Source: Elusimicrobiota bacterium
Lineage (GTDB): Bacteria > Elusimicrobiota > Elusimicrobia > Elusimicrobiales > UBA9959
DNA: 48,364 nucleotides
Direction of reading: 5' to 3'
NCBI GenBank assembly: GCA_027340875.1
Contig: DAIENX010000087.1
Span: 1 to 48,364 of the forward strand
Shown: piece by piece, positions 8,610 to 20,557 of the stretch
Layout of the letters: each line of letters opens with the position of its first letter
Position numbering within the stretch: the stretch's first letter is position 1
The notes under the pieces: generated by a model
The model's input: the letters and a program-made list of their open reading frames with translations, nothing else
Told to the model about the DNA's origin: nothing
The model's database searches: none
Position numbers and translations under genes: made by a program

Positions 8610-10565
8610 TTAGAACTTCGTGGACAGGGAGAGAGAGGCCGAGTTGACCCAGCCGCTGTTCTCGCTGTTCAGCTTGTCGTTCCACTGGGCCCGGCGCACG
8701 CCGAGGTCAGCGGAAAGGTTCTTGCCCTTGGGGCTGTACTTCAGGTTCAGCCCGCTATTCACCATGCGGATGTCCGAAGGCTCCGTGTCGGTCACGTAGC
8801 CGTCGGCGAAGTTGATCAGCACCGGCGACTTCGCCAGCGAGCGGGTGTAGGAGCTGTCGCCCATCAGCACGCACTCGCTGCCCAGCTTGGCGCTGGCGTG
8901 CAGGCCGATGGTGTCGTTCTTGTACTGGTACAGCTCGCCCAGAACGCGGACCGGCGGGTTGGTGACCACATACGCGGCGCCCCACGGGGAGTAGCCGGCG
9001 TAATAAGCGTCGCTGTGGCTGGAGGTCTGGTCGAAGGCGTAGTTAGCCCCGGCGTTGTACTTCTCGTTGTTCCACTCGAGACCGGCCAGGTAGCTGTTCT
9101 GGTGGTCGTTGCTGTTGGTGTGGTTGGACTTCTCGTTCTTGCCGTTCATCGCCATAGCGGAGCCGATGAAGCTCAGGCTGCCCTTTATGGGCATATAGAA
9201 GTCAGCGTTGTACTCGTCGGAGGTGGTCGGCAGGGACTCGAACATGGCCTTGTTGGCCCTGACGGCTTTGTAGCCCAGGCCCAGCTCGGCGTCCATAGGC
9301 AGGCGGATGTTCGCGCCGGCGGTATAGATGTTCTTGGTGCTCTTCCTGGCGAACTCGTTATACTGGGTGTTCGCGGCCACATAGCCGCCGTCGATGTAGG
9401 TCTGCGAGGCCGTGAAGATCTCGGTGCCCGCATGGCGGTTGTAGTTGTGGTCCAGCTTGTAGCCCAGGCTGAAGCCCAGCTTGTCGGAGAGGTCGTACTT
9501 CGCCATGAACTCGCCGGTGAAGTTGGTCTTGTCGGGCTGGGAGGTCTCGCCCTGCTTGGTGGAGGACGGGATGCTGTTCTTGACCGAGTTCATGAACCAG
9601 AAGTTGTCGTTCTCGGTGATGGTCTCGGTGCGGCCGTAGCCCTTCACGGTGACGGCGAGCTTCTCGCCGAAGCGGTGAGCGGCGCCGAGGGTGGCGGTGT
9701 AGGAACCCATCTTATAACCGCTGACCAGGGCCTCGCGGGTGCGGGACATCACGCTGCCGGTCACGCTGTAGCCCTTGAGGGGCTGCGAGCGGAAAGCCAG
9801 GCCGTGCATATCCATCCTGAAGGCGGGGGCCTTGGCCTTCTGCCAGTAGAAGGAGGCGGTGGTGGAGATCAGAACCCCGGCAGCATCGTCGGAGAAGCTG
9901 CCCTGGGTGTAATCATAGGCCACGGCGCCGTGGTCGCCCAGCTTCGCGTCGAAGCCGAGGTCCAGCAGCTTGTGGGAGCGGTCCACGTAGGTCTGCATGA
10001 CCTTGCCGGAGGACTTGGTGGCGGCGTCGCCGTTCTCCTTCTCCTCCCACTGGCCGACATGCATGGAATAGTCGCCGGTCTTGGGGCAGGTGTAGCTGAC
10101 CGACATGTCGCTCTCGGTGCGCTTGAACGACTCGTCCATCACGTTGGCGGTGTTGTACTTGCCGTTGTTCCAGCGGTCGTCGGTGATCTTCTCGTTGGTG
10201 TTGATGTAGAAGGTGCCGTTGGCGATCATCCCGGTCTTTATGTAAGGCTGCCGGTGGTACATGGTGTTCTCCGAGGCCTTTATGGCCAGGGTGCCCATGT
10301 TCAGGGAGAGCTCGCCGCTCTCCTCGCCGCTGCCGAGCCCGGCAGCGGACACGTTCAGGTAGGTCTTAGCGCCGGTGGCGGCGGCGTTGAAGCCGACCGA
10401 GCCGACCTTGAAGGTGCCGTCCTGCTTGGTGTACTCCTGGACGAGGCCCTGGTTGCCGTCGGTCTGTTTTACGAGGGCGTTCAGGGTCGCGTCCGCGCTG
10501 AGGTCCTGCGCCATCAGCGGGGAGGCCGTCGCGGCCATCATAAGCATCGCTATTAAAATACGCAT
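8610..10565 (-). CDS. MtrB/PioB-like outer-membrane beta-barrel porin
   Basis: Signal peptide, alternating beta-strand pattern, C-terminal Phe (SLSLSTKF), 651 aa, directly downstream of decaheme MtrA-like gene. Confidence 0.8.
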   Translation of the reverse strand: MRILIAMLMMAATASPLMAQDLSADATLNALVKQTDGNQGLVQEYTKQDGTFKVGSVGFNAAATGAKTYLNVSAAGLGSGEESGELSLNMGTLAIKASENTMYHRQPYIKTGMIANGTFYINTNEKITDDRWNNGKYNTANVMDESFKRTESDMSVSYTCPKTGDYSMHVGQWEEKENGDAATKSSGKVMQTYVDRSHKLLDLGFDAKLGDHGAVAYDYTQGSFSDDAAGVLISTTASFYWQKAKAPAFRMDMHGLAFRSQPLKGYSVTGSVMSRTREALVSGYKMGSYTATLGAAHRFGEKLAVTVKGYGRTETITENDNFWFMNSVKNSIPSSTKQGETSQPDKTNFTGEFMAKYDLSDKLGFSLGYKLDHNYNRHAGTEIFTASQTYIDGGYVAANTQYNEFARKSTKNIYTAGANIRLPMDAELGLGYKAVRANKAMFESLPTTSDEYNADFYMPIKGSLSFIGSAMAMNGKNEKSNHTNSNDHQNSYLAGLEWNNEKYNAGANYAFDQTSSHSDAYYAGYSPWGAAYVVTNPPVRVLGELYQYKNDTIGLHASAKLGSECVLMGDSSYTRSLAKSPVLINFADGYVTDTEPSDIRMVNSGLNLKYSPKGKNLSADLGVRRAQWNDKLNSENSGWVNSASLSLSTKF

Positions 10566-10594
10566 TATTTATTCTCCTCTATGTTAAGATCCGA

Positions 10595-11497
10595 TTAATG
10601 ACCGAACCCTGCGCTGGAATCGGAGCCGTGTATGTCCTTGTGGCAGTCGTAGCAGTTGCGCTTCACGAGGTCCAGGACCTTGTTGCTGAAGCCGCTGCGG
10701 CTGCTGGGCATCACGGGGACGCTGTGCTCGCTCTTGTGGCAGCGCAGGCAGAGGTACGGCTGGGCCTGCTTGAGCAGGTTCTGGTTGGCGGAGCCGTGCG
10801 GCTTGTGGCAGTTGCCGCAGTTCTCGGCCACGGGAGCGTGCTCGTGGGCGTACGGACCGGCCTTGTCGGAATGGCACTTGTAGCAGGTCTCGTTGACGGT
10901 CTCGCCGTTCAGGTTGCCCAGGGCGCCGCCGTGCGGGTTATGGCAGCCGGTGCAGGTCATCTTGCCTTCCTGCAGCGGGTGGTGGGAGGGGAGGGACATC
11001 TCGGCCTTCTTGCCCTTGTGGCAGTCGTAGCAGAGGGCGTTGACGTCCTTCTTCAGGTTCTTGGAGCCGTTGCCGTTGTGCACGCTGTGGCAGGTGTTGC
11101 AGGTCAGGCCCTTGGCGGCGTGAGTGCCGGTGTCCCACAGCATGACCTTCTTCTGGTTATGGCAGGTGAAGCAGACCGCGGAGGCATCGGAGCCCTTCTG
11201 CTTCGCCGGGTTCTTGATGGTGGCGAAGCCGGGGTTGGTCTTGTCGCCGGCGGCGGCGGCATGCAGGGAACCCGCGCCGTGGCAGGTCTCGCAGGCCTTG
11301 TCGGCGGCGATCTTCTTCACGAGCGGGATCGTCTTGCCGTGCAGCGACTTGTTGTAAGCGGCCGCCTGTTCCGAGTGGCAGGCCACGCAGGTGTCAGACC
11401 CGACGTAAGTCGCGGCCTGCTGCGCCGAGGCCGCCCCGGCGCAGACAACGAGCGCCGCCAGGGCCGCCACTATGCAGTCAAAGTTCTTAAGTTTCAT
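10595..11497 (-). CDS. MtrA/DmsE/PioA-family periplasmic decaheme cytochrome c
   Basis: Signal peptide; exactly 10 CxxCH; CETCHGAGSLH, PSHHPLQEGKM, GPYAHEHAPV, HGSD signatures. Confidence 0.93.
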   Translation of the reverse strand: MKLKNFDCIVAALAALVVCAGAASAQQAATYVGSDTCVACHSEQAAAYNKSLHGKTIPLVKKIAADKACETCHGAGSLHAAAAGDKTNPGFATIKNPAKQKGSDASAVCFTCHNQKKVMLWDTGTHAAKGLTCNTCHSVHNGNGSKNLKKDVNALCYDCHKGKKAEMSLPSHHPLQEGKMTCTGCHNPHGGALGNLNGETVNETCYKCHSDKAGPYAHEHAPVAENCGNCHKPHGSANQNLLKQAQPYLCLRCHKSEHSVPVMPSSRSGFSNKVLDLVKRNCYDCHKDIHGSDSSAGFGH

Positions 11498-11630
11498 TCC
11501 CTTAACCTCCGTAGATTCCGGCCTTCAAGCCGGGAACAACATGGCGCTTCTACTGTCCGCCCGCACGGGAGTGCCTTGCCCGAACAGGCTACTTCCATAA
11601 GATTATGACAAAAATATGACATATCTATGA

Positions 11631-11690
11631 TTGACATATTTCAAGATAAAAATTGATTTAAAGCAATGAATATGTTTTGAGATATATCAA
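11631..11690. promoter_or_regulatory. Three FNR/CRP-like boxes upstream of decaheme-porin operon
   Basis: TTGAC-ATAT-TTCAA (11631-44), TTGAT-TTAA-AGCAA (11653-66), TTGAG-ATAT-ATCAA (11677-90) vs consensus TTGAT-N4-ATCAA. Confidence 0.7.
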
Positions 11691-11748
11691 AAAAGGACGC
11701 CACGGGACACCGTGGCGGCCCTCCTCTCCTTTTAAGTATCGGGGAGGC

Positions 11749-12471
11749 TCAGCGGCGCGAAACCTGCTCCATCCTGGCGCGGTCCTTTATCGTGATGCTG
11801 CGGCCGGAAACCGTTATCCAGGCCTTGCGGCGGAACTCCGCGAGCAGGCGGCACAGGACTTCCGGCGAGGTGCCGAGTATCTTGGCCAGGTCGCCGCGGC
11901 TGGAAGGCAGCTCGATAGCGGCGCTGCCGGCATGGGTAGACTCCTCGAGCAGGTGCTTGGCCAGGCGGCCCTTCACCGTCTTGAAGCCGAGGTCCAGCAG
12001 GTGCTCCTCGGCCTTGCCCAATTCCGCCGACATCTCGGCCAGCATGGCGCGGCAGACCTTGGGGTCCTCCAGGAAGAGCTTCTCGAAATAAGCGGTGTCC
12101 AAGAAACAGATCCGGCAGTCCTCCATGGCCTCGCCGGTGCCGCGGTACGCCTCGTTGGCCAGGAAGGCGCGCTCGCCCAGCAGGCACGGCGCCTCCTTGA
12201 CCCGGGGTATGCTGGAGTGCAGGCCCGAGTCCGTGCGGACTATCTTGACCCGGCCTTTGCAGAGGAAGTACATGCCGAACGGCCTGTTCCCCTCGTAGAA
12301 GATGATGTTGCCCTTGCGGTAGTCGTTGCTGATGCGCTTCTTGAAGAAGTTGTCCCAGGCGGCCTCCGGCACACCCGAGAAGATGGAAAGCTTCATTATC
12401 GGACAGCGGGACTTGCCCGCCTTGTAACAATCGCAGCTGCATTTAGGTCCGATCAGTTTCATATCTCTCAC
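11749..12471 (-). CDS. Crp/Fnr-family transcriptional regulator, FNR-like with N-terminal Cys cluster
   Basis: cNMP-binding fold (KGNIIFYEG, GRVKI, LLGE), C-terminal HTH SRGDLAKILGTSPEVLCR; N-terminal CSCDC..C plus central DCRIC. Confidence 0.9.
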   Translation of the reverse strand: MRDMKLIGPKCSCDCYKAGKSRCPIMKLSIFSGVPEAAWDNFFKKRISNDYRKGNIIFYEGNRPFGMYFLCKGRVKIVRTDSGLHSSIPRVKEAPCLLGERAFLANEAYRGTGEAMEDCRICFLDTAYFEKLFLEDPKVCRAMLAEMSAELGKAEEHLLDLGFKTVKGRLAKHLLEESTHAGSAAIELPSSRGDLAKILGTSPEVLCRLLAEFRRKAWITVSGRSITIKDRARMEQVSRR

Positions 12472-12552
12472 CCCGGCCGCGCACGGCCAATCTCTGTAGC
12501 ATTTCCTCGTAGTCCGGGCGCCCCTTCGTCCGGTGCCGCCCCGGCCGGGACG

Positions 12553-12595
12553 AAAAGGGGGGCGCGCCGTCCGCGGCGCCGTCCCCCCCTGTTTT
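12553..12595 (-). terminator. Probable terminator after tetraheme cytochrome
   Basis: G-run/C-run imperfect GC hairpin flanked by AAAA and TTTT. Confidence 0.55.
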
Positions 12596-12629
12596 CATCC
12601 CGCCGCCGGGCGGGTAAACCCCGAAGGAC

Positions 12630-13079
12630 TCAGGCCTTGGCTTCGGCCTTCTTCCTGTCCACGTCGATGTGGGGGCTGTGGCAGTCGCGGCAGTCGCGGC
12701 CCTTGCCGTTGATGGTCTTCTTCTTGTCGGCCATCGGGGCTTTCATATGGTTGCTGCCGGGACCGTGGCAGGCCTCGCACTGCACGTTGGCGAGGTCGGG
12801 GGTCTTCTCCATGGACTCGAAGCCGCCGGGTTCGCCGTAGCCGGTGACGTGGCACTTCACGCACTCGGGCTTCTTCTGCTCCTCGGCGGACAGGGAGCTG
12901 ATCGCGCCGGAATGCTTCATCTTCATCCAGGTAGCGTGCTGCTTGGAATGGCACATCTTGCACTTGGCCGCGCCGAGGTACGTGGCCGCGGCGGGCTTGT
13001 CGGCGGGGGCATCCTGGGAGACGGCCAGACCGGCCAGACCCAGCATAGCCACGCTCAACAACAATGACAGTTTTTTCAT
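12630..13079 (-). CDS. Periplasmic tetraheme cytochrome c, c554 family
   Basis: AGGAGG RBS, signal peptide MKKLSLLL, YLGAAKCKMCH, CVKCHVTG, VQCEACHGPG, CRDCH. Confidence 0.88.
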   Translation of the reverse strand: MKKLSLLLSVAMLGLAGLAVSQDAPADKPAAATYLGAAKCKMCHSKQHATWMKMKHSGAISSLSAEEQKKPECVKCHVTGYGEPGGFESMEKTPDLANVQCEACHGPGSNHMKAPMADKKKTINGKGRDCRDCHSPHIDVDRKKAEAKA

Positions 13080-13146
13080 TTTTCCTCCTGAAGGATACGG
13101 CCCCGGAAACCCCACGACTTGCCGGGCTTACTGGGCACGATAATGA

Positions 13147-14616
13147 TTATACACTTTTTTCGGGAATAGTCACGCTGGCGCGCGAAGCCACGGCGCGCTT
13201 CCGGATCTCCAGCGCGAGGCCGCGGAACATCCACACGTGCGCCGGGTAGAGCGAGTACCAGTAGACGTTGCCCAGCAGGCCGCGCGGCTCGAAATAGGCG
13301 GTCAGCCGGAACTCCGAACCTCCGCCCGACGGCACCGCCTCGAACTGCAGCCAGCCCTTGCCCGGCAGGCGCATCTCCGCCCGCAGCAGCAGCATGCTGT
13401 CCGGTATCACGCGCTCTATCCGCCAGCAGTCGAGGGCCTCGCCCTGCCTGATCCGGTCCGGATCGCGCCGCCCGCGGCGCATGCCTATGCCGCCGACGAG
13501 CCGGTCCTGCATGGCCTTAAGGTCCCAGAGCCAGTCGCCGTAGAACCAGCCGCGCGCGCCGCCGATGCCGGAGAATACCCGGTACACGGCCTCAGGCGGC
13601 GCCTCGACGTGGATCACGTGCGCGTGGCGTATCAGCCCCTCGCTGTCCTTGAAGGTGTACGGCTTAGCGTAGGAAGGCGTGAAAGCTGAGGTCCAGGAGG
13701 TCTCCACGGCGTTCTCGCTGAGGCGCACCAACGCGTACTTGACGGCCGTGGAATAGTCTAGCGGTTTTATCTCCGGGAACAGCTCCGCCGCGTCCCCCTC
13801 CACGCAGGTTACATCGCAGGCCAGGCTCTCTATCAGCGGCTTGGCCAGCACCCTGGGCACCGGGGTTATCAGCCCGACCATCGCGCTGCAGAGCCCCGTG
13901 CTCCAGCCCTTCAGGTCTATGAACCGGCGCTTCAGGCCGCGTATCTCGGCGTAGATGCGCAGCAGCTCCTCGTAGGTATGCTCGGTGGCGCCGCCGATCT
14001 CTATGACGCGCCCGGCGGTCTCCGGCTTAGACAGACAGCTCACCAGGTAGTTCAGCGCGTAGCGCACGGCTATGGGCTGGCAGCGCGCGCCGAGGAAGCA
14101 CGTGCTCGGGATGACGGGGAGCCGCTCGACGAGGTAGCGTATCATCTCGAACGAGACGCTGCCGGAGCCGACTATGATGGCGGCGCGGAACTCGGTGACA
14201 GGGACGCCGCAGGAACGCAGCACCTCCCCGACGCGGTGCCGGGAGCTCAGGTGCCTGGAGAGGCGCGGCCCCTCGCCGCCGAGGCCGCCCAGATAGACGA
14301 TCCTTTTACAGCCGGCCTCAGCCGCGGCTTTCGCGAAGTTAAGGGCCGAGACCTCTTCCATCCTCTCGTAGCCGGGGACGTCGGCCATCGAATGGACAAG
14401 GTAGTACGCGGCGTCGGCGCCGGCCAGGGCCTCCGCAAGCCCCTCGTTCTTATAGACGTCGCCGCGGAAGATCCGAACGCGTGAGGCCCATGCCCTGCCG
14501 TCCAGCCTCTCGGGATGCCTGGCCAGGCAACGCACGTCATAGCCCCTGTCCAGCAGGCGCAGTATCAGCCTGCCGCCGATATAGCCGGTGGGGCCGGTCA
14601 CCAGTATAGTCTTCAT
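13147..14616 (-). CDS. Atypical SDR/NAD(P)-binding oxidoreductase with C-terminal DUF2867 (YbjT-like)
   Basis: ILVTGPTGYIGG, AYYLVHSM, RAAIIVGSGS, LLRAEMRLPGKGWLQF. Confidence 0.88.
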   Translation of the reverse strand: MKTILVTGPTGYIGGRLILRLLDRGYDVRCLARHPERLDGRAWASRVRIFRGDVYKNEGLAEALAGADAAYYLVHSMADVPGYERMEEVSALNFAKAAAEAGCKRIVYLGGLGGEGPRLSRHLSSRHRVGEVLRSCGVPVTEFRAAIIVGSGSVSFEMIRYLVERLPVIPSTCFLGARCQPIAVRYALNYLVSCLSKPETAGRVIEIGGATEHTYEELLRIYAEIRGLKRRFIDLKGWSTGLCSAMVGLITPVPRVLAKPLIESLACDVTCVEGDAAELFPEIKPLDYSTAVKYALVRLSENAVETSWTSAFTPSYAKPYTFKDSEGLIRHAHVIHVEAPPEAVYRVFSGIGGARGWFYGDWLWDLKAMQDRLVGGIGMRRGRRDPDRIRQGEALDCWRIERVIPDSMLLLRAEMRLPGKGWLQFEAVPSGGGSEFRLTAYFEPRGLLGNVYWYSLYPAHVWMFRGLALEIRKRAVASRASVTIPEKSV

Positions 14617-14686
14617 ACGCGGCGCCCGGCGCTGGCCTGCGGCGCTAGCCTATGGTACAAAAAATCCCGCAGCGTAAGGTCTGTCC

Positions 14687-15202
14687 TTAGCCTCCCGCCT
14701 TCCTCCTGGCCGCCAGCTCCGCCATGATGGCCGGCAGCGCGGCGCGCAGGAACTGCAGCAGCACTGCGCCGGCTGCGCTCCCGACGGCAAAGGTGTCGTC
14801 CACCGGCCCGGGCAGGTTCAGCGGCAGCATCTCGTAAAGGAAGACGAGGGCCGGCAGCAGCAGCCACTTGAGCCCGGTGGCGTAGCGCTTGGCCAGCGCC
14901 ATGCAGGCTCCGAGCATCAACCCGGCCGCGATGAAAGCGGGGGCTGAGAACAGGCTGACGCCTATGCTGAACGGGGCAAGGACCAGCGACCAGATGACCG
15001 CGAAGGCCGGCGGAAGAGCCGCGTCAGCGTAGGTGAACTTCCTCACCAGGAGCAGGCTGACCGCGGCGGCGGCGAAGAAAATGGTGAACACTACGGCCCC
15101 GGCCAGCAGGCCGGCGCGTAGGTCCCTGGCCGCCCAGCCTATGACGAAGGCCAGCAGCGAGAAAGGGAAAGAAAGCGTGGCTATCGCGATGCTGCGCCAC
15201 AT
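14687..15202 (-). CDS. Hypothetical integral membrane protein
   Basis: GGAGG RBS before ATG at 15202; 5-6 hydrophobic segments; C-terminal LPGPVDD resembles DUF1232-type loops. Confidence 0.7.
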   Translation of the reverse strand: MWRSIAIATLSFPFSLLAFVIGWAARDLRAGLLAGAVVFTIFFAAAAVSLLLVRKFTYADAALPPAFAVIWSLVLAPFSIGVSLFSAPAFIAAGLMLGACMALAKRYATGLKWLLLPALVFLYEMLPLNLPGPVDDTFAVGSAAGAVLLQFLRAALPAIMAELAARRKAGG

Positions 15203-15230
15203 GCCGAAGACCTCCGGAGGCGGTCTCCTG

Positions 15231-15264
15231 AAAAGCGAGAGCCCCCGCAAAACGGGGGCTCTTC
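15231..15264 (-). terminator. Intrinsic terminator/attenuator closing the A-less unit
   Basis: AGAGCCCCCG-UUUUG-CGGGGGCUCU stem followed by CGCUUUUC. Confidence 0.7.
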
Positions 15265-15544
15265 ACCTGGCCAGAAGGCCAGCACCGCGTAAGGGGCGAC
15301 CGGGGGACCGCCGGGGCACGAAACGCCGCCGAAGGGCCGGAGCACCCGCCCGGGCCGGGGCGACCGCGCCGCGGACCGGGGACCCCGGGGGAGCCGCGTC
15401 GCCAAGCGAGCCAGCGGACCGGGGACACGCGCCGGGACCGGGAGACCCCCGACCCAACCGACCGCACCGGGCCCCCCGACGCAGCGACCAGACCGAACCG
15501 CGGGACCCGAACCACAACCGGCGCAAGGAAAAGAGCGGTACTGC
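15231..15544 (-). ncRNA. Candidate novel adenosine-depleted, GGU-repeat non-coding RNA (or long leader)
   Basis: Only one T on + strand in 15291-15538; promoter upstream; terminator-like hairpin at the 3' end; 5' CAGUACCGC pairs with GCGGUGCUG near the 3' end. Confidence 0.65.
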
Positions 15545-15550
15545 AAATCT

Positions 15551-15579
15551 AATATAACAGATGCCGCTTGACTTGTCAA
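15551..15579 (-). promoter_or_regulatory. Near-consensus sigma70 promoter
   Basis: Minus strand TTGACA (15579-74), 17-nt spacer ending TGT, TATATT (15556-51); extended -10 TG; predicted TSS about 15544. Confidence 0.8.
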
Positions 15580-15613
15580 GGGGTATACTTAAAATTCCAG
15601 ACCACTCCTGATA

Positions 15614-15755
15614 TGCGTGGGTTCTGTCTTCGGATTGTCGCGTCAGGCACGCTATCGGCCACACCGTGGCCGCGCTCCCGCTCGGGCTCGTCGCTTACGC
15701 AAGCCTCGCCCTGCGCGAGGGCCTTTCTCGCCAATCCGAAGACAGGACCTGCGCA
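15614..15755. repeat. Palindromic MITE/REP-like element
   Basis: 24-bp terminal inverted repeats (21/24); internal CCACACCGTGG and GCAAGCCTCGCCCT modules shared with 35184-35355. Confidence 0.7.
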
Positions 15756-15758
15756 CAC

Positions 15759-15789
15759 AAAAAAGAGCCCCCGCCGTTTAGCGGGGGCT
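15759..15789 (-). terminator. Intrinsic terminator (likely ends icd-containing transcript)
   Basis: AGCCCCCGC-cgttta-GCGGGGGCT with AAAAAA on left; stem nearly identical to that at 15238-15262. Confidence 0.7.
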
Positions 15790-15803
15790 GGCTTGCGAGC
15801 GCT

Positions 15804-15996
15804 GGCGCACCCGGCTTGCCGAAACGGGCCGTCACGGACCGAGCCGCTTGCATAGCGCGGCGAAGGGGATGGAGCAAAGCGACAGGTCTGCGTGGCGAGC
15901 TCTGCACGGTGGCCGCCTGATGAGCATAGCTCCTGATGCGGCACGGCCATTGGCCAGTGCGCGACCGCGTGCCCGGAGCGGTAAGCCGGGTGTGCC
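15804..15996. repeat. Palindromic MITE/REP-like element
   Basis: TIR GGCGCACCCGGCTTGCCG / CGGTAAGCCGGGTGTGCC (16/18); internal 15867-15975 closely matches 35512-35622. Confidence 0.75.
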
Positions 15997-16040
15997 TGCG
16001 TGGCTGCGGCGCGGCCGTCAGGCCCTGGCTTCCTGCGCCA

Positions 16041-19606
<3,566 letters not shown>

Positions 19607-19610
<4 letters not shown>

Positions 19611-20524
19611 TTCTTCAGCTTCTCCGTGAGCGCGGCCACGAACGGCATCACATCGGCGATGACCATCACGTCCGCGACCTCGGAGATCGGGGCGTCCTTG
19701 TCGGTATTTATGGCGACGATGAACTCGGAGTTCCTCATACCGGTGAGGTGCTGTATGGCGCCCGAGATCGCGCAGGCCACGTAAAGCTTCGGGGAGACTA
19801 TCTGCCCCGTGGCGCCCACCTGCCTGTTGTGGTCCACCCAGCCGGCGTCCACCACCGGGCGGCTGGCCCCCATCTCGCCGTTGAGGCTCTTGGCCAGCGC
19901 GGCGATGACCGGCACGTTGTCCTTCTTGCCTATGCCGCGGCCGGCGCTGACGATGACCTCGGCCTTGCCCAGGTCCACTTCCTTCTTCTCCGCCTCCTCG
20001 TAACCGGCGAACTCCAGGCCCGCCGCGGAGCCGGACGGCGCCAGCTTCTCCACCGCCGGAGTGCCGGACGGCGTCCCGCTGACTGGGAAAGAGCCTTCCT
20101 GCAACGTCAGCACCGCGACCTTCGTGGCGGGTTCGACCAGGCGGCGCATCTTGCCGTTGCAGCAGGCGGCCTCGAACTTGCCGTCCACGACGCCGGTGAC
20201 GTCCGATATCTGCGCGGCCTTGAGCTTCCCGGCCACCCGCGGCGCCAGGTCCCAGCCGTAGGAGGACTGCAGGAAAACTATCAGGTCCGGCGATTCCTTC
20301 TGCGCGGCCTGCAGGACGATCTCCGCGTGCCGGCCGGGATCGTACTCTCCCAGCGCGGCGATGTCGCCGAGGTAGAGCTTGCCGCCGAAGGCCGGCAGGC
20401 CCGCCTCTGAGCCAACGAGCACGCCGGCGCTCTCGCCGCCGGCGGCGGCCGCGAAACCCAGCAGCTCCTGGTTGGCCTCGGACAGCTTGCCGCGGCGGTA
20501 TTCGAATACGAGAAGGGTTTTCAT
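19607..20524 (-). CDS. etfA: Electron transfer flavoprotein alpha subunit
   Basis: VSAGRG, GASRPVVDAGW, QVGATG, ISGAIQH, VAINTDKDAPI. Confidence 0.95.
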
Positions 20525-20557
20525 GACATTTCTCCTGTTTCCTTGTTCCGGGCCGGG

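Noticed and set aside
15291..15538. Plus-strand CsrB/RsmZ-like RNA (about 11 GGA) or DGR-mutagenised repeat
   Set aside because: Promoter and terminator point to the minus strand, and almost no GGA is in ANGGA context. There is no reverse transcriptase or TR/VR pair in the window.
15231..15544. Identification as 6S, SRP, tmRNA, RNase P or a known riboswitch
   Set aside because: Their conserved cores contain essential adenosines (e.g. GGAAG in SRP, GAGGAAAGUC in RNase P) that are absent, and there is no 6S-like continuous rod. An Rfam search is still needed.
15024..15664. Overlapping ORFs across the A-less tract (15024-15515, 15033-15557, 15181-15579, 15263-15664)
   Set aside because: All stop codons need both T and A, so a T-less/A-less tract is open in every frame. 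The products are Arg/Pro/Gly/Ala low-complexity with no convincing RBS.
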